Shown here one piece after another: positions 1 to 12,285 of a stretch of 64,000 bases of DNA (positions are counted from its first letter, which is position 1; each line of letters begins with the position of its first letter). The stretch is from Malacoraja senta. Lineage: Eukaryota. The notes beneath the pieces were generated by a model. That model was not told the DNA's origin. It did no database searches and was given only the letters and a program-made list of their open reading frames with translations. Location of the stretch: the NCBI GenBank assembly GCA_038087875.1, contig CM075987.1, positions 19,222,001 through 19,286,000 of the forward strand. The letters run 5' to 3'. Position numbers and translations under genes: made by a program.

Positions 1-954
1 TTATTTTACAAATATACACTGCGCATACTCGCACATATTCATTAGAGTGATGAGATATTAAATATATCAATGAACCAAATCAAACCATTCTAGTACTCAG
101 TCCTTAAAGTTACAGTGATCATTATATACACTACAAGGTGTAATTGATTATTTTGTTTGTTTCGGTCTGTTTGCAGCCAATATTGTTACTTCCACATAAA
201 ATTCTGAAGTGTTTTCACCACACTACGACAGGCCCTGTACAAATGTTCTCTCTGTGCACAAAAGTGATTTTTAAAGTATTGAAGACAACTTTGAGACTTG
301 TTAACCCTTGCAGCTAAAATGCGCTCTTTACTCCCAAAGCTGCTTCAAGATAACATGGTATTGCACATGGTATTATTGGCTTGTACCTAAATGCTCAATA
401 TGTTCCACCTGGATCATTCTGTGTGTGTTCCTTGTCATGGAAGTTTAACACATCTTGTGTAACTCTACATCTACAACATCACACATTGTGAGAGCATTCA
501 AGATGAAGAATTCTTTTTCAATTGTTGAATCGATAAAAATTAACTGAGAAGAATTTATGGTAATGAAAAAATCTTAAATCAATCAACCACCTCAAACATT
601 ATAGCTACTATCTCCACCCATTCTAGTTTCAAAATAAGTATTGTGACTTTATTTCCAGGCTTGTTATCATTGAGTAAAGGTTCTGTGTCAGAAGCAAATG
701 GATTTGCCTCTCCTGCTGGGCTAATTAAATATATTTTAATTTTATTTTTGAACTTCTCCAATACTGTTTTCTCCAGATCTGCAATCTCTCAGCCTCCCTT
801 GCTCTGTCCTCAGTTTTATACATTCCATCAACGAGGGCCTTTAGTTTTAAGTGCCCAAAGTTCTAGAATTCCCTCCTAGGGCCTTCTCCTTCTGCCATGC
901 AGGTTGATTCATTGCTCACCTGTCCTATTAGCACAATGGGAAGTCAAACCAGAG

Positions 955-2057
955 AAGGGCCTTCACAGTGAATATTAGGGCCCTGAGGAGTGTTGTAGAG
1001 CAGAGGGATCTAGGAGTGCAGGTACATAGTTCCTTGAAAATGGCATAATCGGTAGACTAGCCACCATTGATTAATAAGAACATTGGTCTTTATCAGTCAG
1101 GGTATTGTATAAATGTTAGAATGTTATGTTACAGTTTTAGAAGGCTTTCGGGAGGTTGCATTTGGAGTCTTGTTTTCAGTTTTGGTCACCCTGTTATAGG
1201 AAGGATGTTGTCAAGCTGGAAAGAGTGCAGAAAAGATTGCTAGGATTTGTGGGCCTGAGCTATTGGCAGAGGCTGGGCAGGTGTCTTGGAGCGCAGGAGG
1301 CTTCGGGATGATAGAGGTGTATAAGATCATGAGAGGATAAGATAAGGTAAATGCATAAAGTCTTTTAGCCAGAGTAGGGGAATCAAGAAACAGAGGACAT
1401 AGATATTAGGTGAGACTGGAAAGATTTAATAGGAACCTGAGGGACATTTTTTTCTACACAGAGGGTGGTGGATATATGGAACGAGCCACCAGAGGAGGTA
1501 GTTGAGGCAGGTACAATAACAGCACGTAAAGAACATTCTAGAATTTAGAAGATTGAGGGGGGATCTTATAGAAACTTACAAAATTCTTAAGTGGTTGGAC
1601 AGGCTAGATGCAGGAAGATTGTTCCCGATGTTAGGGAAGTCCAGAACAAGGGGTCACAGTTTAAGGATAAGGGGGAAATCTTTTAGGACCGAGATGAGAA
1701 AAAAATATTTCACACAGAGTGGTGAATCTCTGGAATTCTCTGCCACAGAAGGTAGTTGAGGCCAGTTCATTGGCTATATTTAAGAGGGAATTAGATGTGG
1801 CTAAAGGTATCAGGAGGTATGGAGAGAAGGCAGGTACAGGATACTGAGTTGGATGATCAGCCATGATCATATTGAATGGCTGATCATATCGAAGGGCCGA
1901 ATGGCCTACTCCTGCACCTATTTTCTATGTTTCTATTTGGATGGATAGGAAAGGTTTAGAGGGAAATAGGCCAAACACAGGAAGGTGTGACTAGTGTAGA
2001 TGGGGCATCATGGTTGGCTCGGGCAAGTTGGGTAGAATGCTTTCATGCTGTATGACT
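955..2057 (+). mobile_element. Degenerate CR1-clade (HER1-like) LINE 3' portion, interrupted by a younger CR1
   Basis: Collinear with the CR1 copy at 36570-37565; breaks at about 1536 and resumes at about 1937 (ggatggataggaaaggtttagaggga). Confidence 0.85.
1537..1936 (+). mobile_element. Young CR1 subfamily 3' fragment nested in older CR1
   Basis: RGDLIETYKILK..LDRLDAGRLFPMLGKSRTRGHSL (CR1 ORF2 C-terminus); tail cctactcctgcacctattttctatgtttctat; highly similar to 45015-45500. Confidence 0.9.
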
Positions 2058-2333
2058 TCGCTTATAGTGAAGTTCTATTGCATAACAGTTTTATCTGAAG
2101 CCTTGGGCATTTGACTTTTGTTAAAGTTGCTTGATAAATGCCCAGGTTGTTGCATGTATCATTATTTCCGTTGTTGACCGTCGCTGTGACTTAACACTTA
2201 AAAAGCTGCCACTTCAGACAATCAGTTGTGCTTATGCTAGCAGTTATCGGCAGTATATAGTTGTTTACCTCAAAGCCCAAAATGTCACTGCTTTTGAAAA
2301 GTCAGGTACATCTTGCAGAAGTACTTGTGTAGG

Positions 2334-2478
2334 TAAGTCTCCGACTACATTCTATCTCTGTCCCGCCCACTCCCCTGACATCAGTCTGAAGAAGGGTCTC
2401 GAGCCGAAACGTCACCCATTTCTCTCCAGAGATGCTGCCTGTCCCGCTGAGTTACTCCTGCATTTTGTGTCTACCTTA
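2334..2478 (+). mobile_element. Penelope-like element 3' terminal fragment with hammerhead-like motif
   Basis: CTGAAGA-agggtctcgagcc-GAAAC-GTC at 2386-2413; flanking direct repeat CAGAAGTACTTGT[G/C]TAGG at 2316-2333 and 2479-2496. Confidence 0.8.
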
Positions 2479-4604
2479 CAGAAGTACTTGTCTAGGCATG
2501 GTATAATACTGTCTTACATTTGGACGTCAAATTGAAGAGCCAGACATGTTCTTTGATGGAGTCATATTGAATTGTTAATGTATTGTCATTATTAGTTCTG
2601 AAAAAGCTTTGCAGAATAAATTGGTATGGTAAGCATATATTTACATGAATTCAGTCCAAAGGCCTTTACTTCTGATCACCAGCCATTCTGTAAATGAAAA
2701 ACAGAGGTTAAAAAGAGTCCTTTTGCAAACTTGACTTCTGAGTACATGGTCTGTTTCACTGGTATCTGTGGAGCTTAGCATCCTGAATCATTTTTGAAAT
2801 AGAACTCCTCTGTGTTTTTAATCAGATGATTTCTTCCATAACTGCATCTGCGAGATTACTATGGAAACGCATGATGGTTGTGCGGTGTGCTTGCATAAGC
2901 CTCAAGGTTTCATTTTCAATCCCATTGTATCTCAAACCGCCCAAAATCACACTGCCTATGTGTACTGGCTGTACAGTTTGGTGGGTTTCAGTGTTCATGT
3001 GAGTACATGTTATATTTATTGTGGTGCAATTGGAAATAGCTTTGGTCATTTCTTTTGAAAGGAAATGTATATGACTGAGGGAATGTAAGTTACATCTAAT
3101 ATTCAAGTGGATATGCAAGTACTTTGCACTCTAATACCCTTTCAGGCAGTGAGTTCTAACTTATTCTTCACTTTAATGCTCCCGAACAACTTCAAATCTG
3201 ATGAAGGGTCCGCATGTGAAACATCGTCTCTCCGTTTCTCTCTACAGATCTATGTTCCTCTGGCAGTTTGTTTTTCCCTCAAATCTATTCTCACTGGTTA
3301 TTTCCTGCAAAAGGAAATATGTTCTCTCCATGCATTTTGTCTAGAATCCATGTAATTATGTACGCTTCAATTAAATCTCCCCTTGGCTGTTTTTGTTCCA
3401 AGGGAAAGAAGCTTAGACTGTTCGATTTTTCTCTCCTAGCTGAAGTCTTGACGGCATCCTGTAGATCTCCATTGCACCCTCGATAATGGTATCTCACTGT
3501 TCCTGTTTCGTGACAATCCGAGCTGTGCATGCTGACTAGTTGTGGTCTAAGTAGTCTTTATCTTCGTTACTCTTTTTATCTTCCCTGTCTCAGTATGCTG
3601 CTTCAACAATTTCATCCTCTTTCCATGCAATCTTCAGGGATCTGTAGGCACACAGCCAAAGGTCCAATTGGTTAGCTAGACTTCTCTTGTGCATTCCCTT
3701 GCTTTATTTTCCCTCCACAGGTTCGTTACTTCATGGTCCTTTTGACTGAATTCCTTTAGCATGTTTCGGGTCAGGACCCTTCTTCAACAATTTATTAATA
3801 TGTTCCTCTGGTCAAGATGATCTCTGACAACCACCTGGCCTATTCTTGCATGGTTTGTAAATCTCTTGATTATGACTCCATTTATGTCTAACTCATTGAT
3901 AGATATCATGTAATCCACACAAACTACATGATCGGCGGGAGGGTTGGGATATTGGTGGGAGGGTTTGATTGATTTCCGAGGGCATGATTTACTCTCGTCA
4001 TAAATATGAAGAAACAAAAGATATGAACAGATTAATTTCTGTTCAGATTATTAGCAAACAGTAAGAAGATACTAAGGCTTCTGGCCCAAAAAGTCATCTG
4101 TCCATTCTCTCCTTTAATACGGCCTGACCTGCTGAGTTCCTCCAACCCTTTGTTTTGAGCAAGGTTTTGTTTATATAATTTGCAAGAAATTATGTTTCAG
4201 TATACTGTGCTCGACTGATTGATTTGCTTGAAATCATTTTTTTATTAGTTTATCAGTTCTGGGAATTTGATAATACTCTTGATCCATATCCAAACAGCAT
4301 ATCATCTCTGATGTTTATAATAATTAGTGCTTAACAAATTAAGTTATTACAGGAAGATAAAATGACCTCTATTCCAATCTATACACCACCTTAATATCCT
4401 TTAGCTTTTAACAAATTTGTAAACAGATGCTGTTATTATTTGAGTCTTCAGAATTCCTGTTTTATCCGACATGACAAAGCTTTGGTCTGATTGTGTTATA
4501 TTTTCCAAACTTAATTCAGCGTTTACAAAGTGTACAAATAGATTGCTAGGATAATCCTACAATTCAAGGGAAAACAATTCAAGGGATTGTGTAGGAACGA
4601 ATAT

Positions 4605-5503
4605 AGGGGGGTTGCACGTAAGGTCACTGGGTCATAGGGCTTGACGCACGGAGCCGCTGAATCCATCTGGAGGACATCGCAGCTTCCGGTATATGTTGTT
4701 AATACACGAAACGCGTACTTTCCTACCTGTTAAAAACTGGCAAAATGTTGAATTTTTGCACTGTAAAAAATTGTGGAAGTCGGGGTAAGCGTGAGAGACA
4801 TGTACCCAACTTCAGAATTCCAAAAGTGAAGCGAAATGAAGGTAAAGAGAAGCGAGAGCTGAAGGGACAACAACGGCTAAAGTGCTTGGCGAACATTGGC
4901 CGTGCAGATATCGAAATTGAAAATATTTGGAATTATCGCGTTTGCTCACTGCATTTCATCAACAGTAAGGCATTATTTGTGTCTTTTCTTGATTCCTTTG
5001 GTATCTAAAAAGTCTCAGAAGTGATAAATCTGGCTGTAAATTTTGCTTCAGAGGCATTTTCTTTTTGTATGTAAAAACCCACTTGAGAACCATGGGCGAT
5101 TTTAAAATTTTACAGCCAGATTTATCACTTCTGAAACTTTTTAGATGCCAAAGGAATCAAGAAAAAACACAAATAATGCCTTACTGTTGATGAAATGCAG
5201 AGCAAACGGCCAATGTTCGCCAAGCACTTTGGCTGTTGTTGTCCCTTCAGCTCTCGCTTCTATCTACTGTCATTTCTCCTCACTTTTGGAATTCTGAAGT
5301 AGGCTAAATGTCTCTCACGCTTATCCCGATTTCCATAATTATTTACAGCGCAAAAATTGACAATTTCAGCGGGTTTTAACGGGCCCGCTACGCTGGAAAC
5401 AATGGTCAGTGCTTACCTGCAGTTCATCGCGTGTACTCCATTTGGCGTAGCATAACAACAGTACGGGTCATGGGTCGTGACTCGACTGCCGTGCAACCTC
5501 CCT
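4605..5503. mobile_element. Non-autonomous palindromic DNA transposon with THAP-domain remnants (ISL2EU/Harbinger-related)
   Basis: TIR AGGG[G/A]GGTTGCACG at both ends, AT dinucleotide on each side; internal inverted arms about 4728-5044 and 5103-5382; THAP-like ORF in the arms. Confidence 0.8.
4745..4964 (+). pseudogene. THAP zinc-finger exon remnant in left arm
   Basis: MLNFCTVKNC...FRIP...R..C(LA)NIGR...RVCSLHF fits the C2CH THAP pattern, with the conserved W replaced by C; ends at AACA|GTAAGG donor. Confidence 0.75.
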
Positions 5504-7740
5504 ATAGGTGGAGAGATTAAAGCTTGCCATTACAAAATTACAGAGATAATTAACAACTGTCCACCTTCACTGTCTCCTGTGCCCTGATGGCTTTATCTGC
5601 CCTTTTTCTTCCCACTTTGTCTACCCCTGTCTCTCCACTACCCACCCCATGGCTCCATCTTCCTTCAATCAACCCTCCTGTCCACCTGTCCCCAACTGTG
5701 CCCTCTCTCACCCCTGTCCCTGTCCCGTCCCCTCTATACTGACTATCTTCCCCCTCCACTCACAGTCCGGATGCAGGATCTCGAGCAAATGGTCACAATT
5801 CTCTACCCCACACATGCTGCTCAATCCGCAAGTTCCTCCAGCAGATTGTTTCTTTTGCTCCAGATTGCAACATCTGCCGTCAATTGTGTCTCAGATTGGT
5901 TATGTTTTTTTCTTCAATCTCAGCACCCGTTCACATTAATTGTTGCCTTTGATGCCTACAAGATTTTTCAATTAGCTCGCAAAATATTTAACATTGGCAT
6001 TAATCATTTATCCTGCCACGTTCATTAAAGATTCATTTCACTTCCACCCCTCTCTTATGCAGTCTGTTTTAGAAATTAGCCCCCCTAATCTGTTTGCACA
6101 TGTTATACAGTGTGATGTGCTCTACAGCAGGAACAATCAAAAAAATATTGATCACGCTTGTCTTTTTTTAAATGCTGTAGTATAATAGAATGATTGAAGG
6201 AACCTAAAAACTGGTGTGCAGTCTGTAATTGGGAGTGGTTAATATATAATAGTTAAAATTCAATGACTAATTCGGAAATTTATTTTTATCAGGAGTGGTC
6301 GGTAGGTTAATTGTCCTCCTGTAAAAAGTGTACAAATGAGTGGTCGAATTGGGAGTTGATGAGAAAATGGGGAGAATAAAATTGGTTGAGAGGAAGATTA
6401 GTGATGGTGTTTGCCGATCAGCACACACTCAGTGGGCCGAAGGAACAGTTTCCATGCTCTGTAATTCTATGATTAGGATGTTTAACTCAACCACATGGAG
6501 GAATAGAAGCAATTAAATCAAGATGCCTTTAAGGGGAAATTTAAGCTAGATCATGATCAACAATCGAATAGAAAGGTATGTTTATATTGTTGAATGAAGA
6601 ATAATGATGGGCTCGCAAGGAACATAAATGTCAGTGAGTAGTTAAACAATGTGGCCTTTCGCTGTGCTATGAATTCTATGTAATGAAATTCTTCCACCAT
6701 TAATTGCATTTGCCTTATTTTACTCAGGATTGCAGTTTTCTTCAAGCAGTAGATAATACGTGAAAAGTGGTTCACTTGTAAATGGTACCAATTTTATCCT
6801 GGTTTATACGCTGGTCTGATTGCTTATGAAGCTTATGTGACACGTAATGGGTGTTAATAGGTCTCATCAACGTAATGTTCAATGGTGCAGCAAGGGCATA
6901 ACCTCCAGACGAAGGTTGCTTAATGATTACTGTGGCTCTCTGAGAATGATGAGAACCAGCTGCTCTGCTCTCTGTTGTCTCATGTAAACAGCTGCATCTT
7001 CTAGAAACTACTTCTCAGCCAATTCCTCAACACTAATATTTTATTTTTGATGTGAGTTTTCTTTACTGTTTCCCTGCTGTTTCCACTGATATATATTTTT
7101 GGATTATAATCACAGTGCAGAAACACAGCACCACACTGCTTGGAGTCACAAAATAATGCTTGAAATTCTTTAACTGTTGCTGACATTTGATCAGAGTTAT
7201 GCCAGTTTATTGAACATAAACTCCAGGAACAGAAGGAAGAGGGCCTTACAGATTCAGCGTACACATTTCAGCGCAGTTTTCTGGGGGTGTTTGATGCTAG
7301 TTTAAGAAGTAATTTCTAAATTAGTAAAATGTATTTACCACTTCCTCCTGCACCATTAATTTGACCAGAATGGCTGCAATATTGTCTCTACCCTGCACAG
7401 TGGAGGCATTTTGCAACTGAATACATCTATGATTTCAGAATCATAAAGTCAAAGAGCTGTACAGCACGGAAACAGTCCCTTCAGCCCACCTCGTCCATTA
7501 GCCTGCGTTTGGCCTCAATCTCTCTGAACCTTTTCAATCCCCATATCTATCTTTAGTCCTTACGAAGATCCGCATAAGCGCAATTGGTTCTATTTCAGTT
7601 GTTGGGTAATGTTAAGGATGTAACCCACATCCTTAAGTCTTGAGCACAATGCACAACAGAGGGAATGTCTACAATTTCATGAGACATTCAGTCATGGACC
7701 CACGTGCACTGAATTGCACATAAAAAGGGACTCGGTTCTG

Positions 7741-7930
7741 GTAGACACAAAATGCTGGAATAACTCAGCGGATCAGGCAGCATCTCTGGAGAAAATGGAT
7801 AGGTGACCCTTCAGAAGGGTCCTGACCCAAAACGTCACCTATCCATTTTCTCCAGAGATGCTGCCTGATCCGCTGAGTTATTCCAGCATTTTTTGTCTCT
7901 CTTTGGTATAAACCAGCACCCGCAGTTCCT
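7741..7930. repeat. Fold-back palindrome built from two Penelope-like termini
   Basis: Near-perfect inverted arms about 7743-7808 and 7834-7898 around a damaged hammerhead core (cagaagggtcctgacccaaaacgtc). Confidence 0.85.
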
Positions 7931-9030
7931 TTTTATTGCATTGAGTTGGTCCTGGTGTTCAGTCCAGTAGGTATTACTAAAAATATATGTAATCTAATCA
8001 TTGTTAGAGTGAGCTGTGTTCCTATTTGCTTCCAGTTTCATGTATTGCAGTATTGAACTCCTCTTCGAAGGTATTTTATTGGCTGTAGAGTTTTTTAATT
8101 CATCTTGAAAAAGAACAGAAGTTGGTACAAATTATAGCTTTTCTTTTATCCTGACAAATATAATAATTTTCTCCATCTCTATGCAGAGATTTAGAATTGC
8201 AGATGTGAATCGAATGTGAAAGGTTGAGTCTTTTCACCCAGACTTCTTTTACCAGAACTAAAACATCTGTGAAATGGTTCAGGATGCCTCTTAATCTCTT
8301 AGTTTTCATAAGGAAAATTTTATTCTCCAGTGTCTATTTAAAGTTGTAATTGGGAGGTCACCAGGCGATTGCGTGGTTGAAGATCCTTCAGGGTCAAATA
8401 AAACATGACAATTATGAAATATTAAAGTGGATTTTCAAACTTATATTTCAGACGAGAATACTTTTGATCATTCTGCCTTGGTGCCCTGGGAAGTCTTCCT
8501 AAAATGCTCCAACTCCTTTTAACTTGCATGTTTGAAGTTTTTGGTCATCTATTCTAATGTCTAGTAATTTGGCTAGTTGACGATTGTTTCTGACAATTTC
8601 TGGTTTTTATTTTGAAATTATTTTGTTACGGACGCTCCACTAAATCCAAGCAGTTGTGTGGTAGTAATGATGCTAGTCACGAAATGGACTTCAGAGCTTT
8701 CAATGAGTTTGAGTGAGTGTAGAAGATGTGAAGGCCAGGAGAGCATTGGATTGAGTAAATCTGGAAAGAAAAGCTTGTAAAGGAGTGTCTGTTCTGAGGC
8801 AGGACTGGAGATGGGTCGTGTTTTTGTGGTGGAAATGGATGGTCTTGGTCATAGGACGTTTTTATGATTGGAGCTTACATTAGGGTCGATTAGGACACCA
8901 CATTAATGAATGATATGGTTAGGCCTTGGACAGTGGCCTTGGAGAGGGATGGTGCAATTGCTGCACAATAACAGAGAGCCATGATGTGTAAAGAATACTT
9001 CAATTCTATATGTCTTTTTGTATTCAACAG

Positions 9031-9252
9031 AATGGAGGCTTCGTGCCTTGAGCTTGCCCTCGAAGGGGAACGGCTGTGCAAAACTGGAGATTTCAAAGCT
9101 GGAGTGGCCTTCTTTGAAGCTGCCGTGCAGGTTGGGACAGAGGACCTGAAGACTTTGAGCGCCATCTACAGTCAGCTGGGCAATGCCTACTTTTACTTGA
9201 AGGAATATTCCAAGGCTCTGGAGTACCATAAGCATGATCTAACCCTGGCCAG
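9031..9252 (+). CDS. GPSM1: GPSM1/AGS3 coding exon (equivalent to exon 2), TPR region
   Basis: Acceptor tcaacag|A, donor AG|gtgagt; 222 nt; encodes (R)MEASCLELALEGERLCKTGDFKAGVAFFEAAVQVGTEDLKTLSAIYSQLGNAYFYLKEYSKALEYHKHDLTLAR, the recognisable GPSM1/2 N-terminus. Confidence 0.95.
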
Positions 9253-9758
9253 GTGAGTTTGATGAATCTGGCTCGAGCAGAATGTTATAAACAATCTGAG
9301 GTGCAGGGAGCCCATTCCCCAACCTGCTTGGTTACCCAAGATTCAGGTGGGCCAAATGGATTGCTCTTGGAAAGAGACGATGCAGATATGATAGACCAAT
9401 TGGTCAGCTTCTCAATTGTACTTTTCTATTCGGAAGCGAGTGTAATTTCTCTGCTGCCGAGGATATTGCGATAAGATCTCCCCATTAAACTGAATAGTTC
9501 TAAACCTTATAAAACTATTTATTTTAATCAATTAAGGAATGCTTGAACTAACTGTGATTTGCCATAGATTCATGGGAAGCTTTGGATGCCTATTTTAAGG
9601 TGCCATTTCATGGCACCATGCCTTTGTTAAATGTGTTGTGAACCTTCATCTGGTAGATCTTTGCCCTGAGTAGGAATAAATGGCATCTTACACGAAAATA
9701 TTCAATTAGTTTGTGTTCCAGTGGCACAGCATTGACTAATTGATCTGTCTTTCAAAAG

Positions 9759-9894
9759 GACCATTGGGGATCGGATTGGTGAGGCAAAAGCTAGTGGTAA
9801 TCTTGGAAATACATTGAAGATACTTGGCAACTTTGATGAAGCAATTGCTTGTTGTCAGAGGCACTTGGACATCTCGATAGAACAGAAGGATAAG
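9759..9894 (+). CDS. GPSM1: GPSM1 coding exon 3 (TPR)
   Basis: caaaag|G ... AAG|gtaatc; 136 nt; TIGDRIGEAKASGNLGNTLKILGNFDEAIACCQRHLDISIEQKDK; phase matches previous exon. Confidence 0.95.
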
Positions 9895-10804
9895 GTAATC
9901 TTCTTTTCCAGGTTGACCATTTGATTTATGTGCTGACCAATTTAATTTCCAAGATGGTCATCAATGATATTTGTTTAATTGCTTACTGGCAGGGAGTTGC
10001 ATGTTACCATTGCCCTGTCGCAACCACTTCATTTCATTGTCCTGAATGATTGGTGTCCCCAAAAATAAAACTGAATTTTGGCCTAAGTTTCTTCCTTGAT
10101 TGCAAAGTTAATGTTTGTATGCAGAAGGTGTTTAGTTATGTCCTATGTTACCTGTTCATGTAAGCCTGTTGCATAAAACATCCCCATGCAATATGATTAC
10201 TGTGGAAAACTAGAACAAGCACTTCAATCACTGAAGCCGTTCTCAATTAGAAAGTGGCTGATTATGTGGTATTGCATATGTGTCTTTTTACAATACTGGA
10301 GAGGTTTTGAGGAACAAGATTATTATTCAGTTTATTACACCAATACACTGTTCTTAAAAAAAAAAAAAAAAAAACTACCCATCATGTGAAACCTTATAAA
10401 TAACAGAAATAATTTAGATAACTTCAAGACCGAAAGTCAAAAACATTTTTCATGACAGACACATTTTCATCGTTTTACCACCGATTTGGACACCAAAAAT
10501 GTGACATTAAAAACTCTGCTACATTTAGTCATGAATATTTAATTCATAAATAAACTTCATATGGCCCTACATACATATACGTTTTGATAATGATCTAGGG
10601 AAATATCTTCATCAATAACAGGAGAAAAATACAGTAACATAATACAGAACAGTAAAGATCCCGTAACGGTCGTTGTGCTTGGTGTCCTTTGTCACAACGA
10701 CAGTTATCGGGGTCGGTACCTCCGTAAATTAAACCACGGAGGCTCCAAACCTCTAATGTTTTTCAAAAACCCAACGAGGTATCCTATGGTAGTAGCAATT
10801 TTTG

Positions 10805-11404
10805 TATTTTTTATTTTATTAGAAGTATTGTACATTACAATAATCTGCAATAACGTAAGTTTATACTTTTCTTGTACCACTTCTTATTTTAAACTTTAAT
10901 AAGAAAAAAGGATAGAAAGAGTTAGTAAAGATAGTAAGTGAGTGATTGAAAGAGTGGTCCAGGAACACCCATATGGACCTAAACCACAAGAAATAGTTAG
11001 AGAAAAAAAAAGAAAGAAAAAGAGAAAAAACAAAAGGAGGAAAAAGAAAAAAGAAAGCATAAGATAAGGTAGGACAATATGAAAGGGATGTACCTACTTC
11101 ATATTTTTACTCACCCCTCGCCAGGTCCTGAAACCATTTATTATCAACATTTTGTTGCACCCTATGTTTGTAATAAGTCGATAAATGGAGACCAAATCTT
11201 TTGGAATTGGTCTGGTTTACCTGCTAAGTGGAATCTCATATCTTCTAGGTGTAACAATTCCGACATATTAGAAGTCCACATTTTTGTCGTTGGCGTAGGA
11301 GCATTTTTCCAAAATTTCAGTATAGGTTTTTTTGCCGTTATTAAGCCATAATTAAGGAAACTCCTTTGAAACGAAGTCAGCTCCAAACTTGCTTCTATTG
11401 TTCC
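10805..11404 (-). mobile_element. 5'-truncated L1-clade LINE with 18-bp TSD
   Basis: ORF2 end NYGLITAKKPILKFWKNAPTP...WSPFIDLLQT, homologous to the ORF ending at 61596; TSD TGGTAGTAGCAATTTTTG at 10787-10804 and 11405-11422. Confidence 0.92.
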
Positions 11405-11659
11405 TGGTAGTAGCAATTTTTGGGTGAGTTAATTATTTTTTATTATTTTCCAATTTAATATATCAAAAACATCGTGGTGTCAAAAGTGCAATGACCGTTT
11501 ACGATATTTTCCGACTTTATAAAATCAATAAAAAAAATAAAAAAATAAAAAAGATTTTGGACATAAAATGGTCATCAAAACTAAGAAACTGAGCCAATCT
11601 TCAAATTGGCAACACACTGTCTCTTGTTTACCTTTCGTACGGACCAAGTGGCTAACTTC

Positions 11660-12285
11660 ACGCTGCACTCCCTCAATAGCAAGAATGTCCTTCCTCAAAT
11701 TTGGAGACCAAAACTGCACACAATACTCCAGGTGTGGTCTCACTAGGGCCCTGACAACTGCAGAAGGACCTCTTTGCTCCTATATTCAACTCTTCTTGTT
11801 ATGAAGGCTAACATGCCATTCGCTTTCTTCACTGCCTGCTGTACCTGCAAGTTTACTTTCACTGACTGATGAACAAGGACACCCAGATCCCGTTGTACTT
11901 CCCCTTTTCCTAACTTGACACCATTTAGTTAATAATCTGCCTTCCTGTTTTTGCCACCAAAGTGGATAACCTCACACTTATCCACATTAAACTGCATCAG
12001 CCATGCATCTGCCCACTCACCCAACCAGTCCAAGTTACCCTGCATCCTCATAAGCATCCTCTTCACAGTTCACACTGCCACCCAGCTTTGTCATCTGCAA
12101 ATTTGCTAATGTTACTTGTAATCCCTTCATCTAAATCATTAATATATATTGTAAATAGCTGTGGTCCCAGCACTGAGCCTTGCGGTACCCCGCTAGTCAC
12201 TGCCTGCCATTCTGAAAGGGACCCGTTAATCCCTAATCGTTGTTTCCTGTCTGCCAACCAATTTTCTGTCCATGTCAGCACTCTA
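11660..12285 (-). mobile_element. CR1 LINE reverse transcriptase fragment
   Basis: [24 protein letters not shown]...SKFADD and [13 protein letters not shown] on the minus strand. Confidence 0.92.

Noticed and set aside
4559..4586. Tandem duplication ACAATTCAAGGGA x2 near the THAP element
   Set aside because: Local micro-duplication not at the element boundary; no evidence of function.
8981..9030. Upstream extension of ORF 8981-9256 (MMCKEYFNSICLFVFN)
   Set aside because: This is the intronic polypyrimidine tract before the acceptor at 9030.
1..9030. GPSM1 exon 1 or promoter
   Set aside because: No CpG island or recognisable first coding exon; it probably lies upstream of the window.
4745..9252. 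THAP exon spliced to GPSM1 exon 2 as a fusion protein
   Set aside because: The THAP exon (220 nt) ends in phase 1 but exon 2 needs phase 2, so the fusion is out of frame; the THAP tryptophan is also lost.
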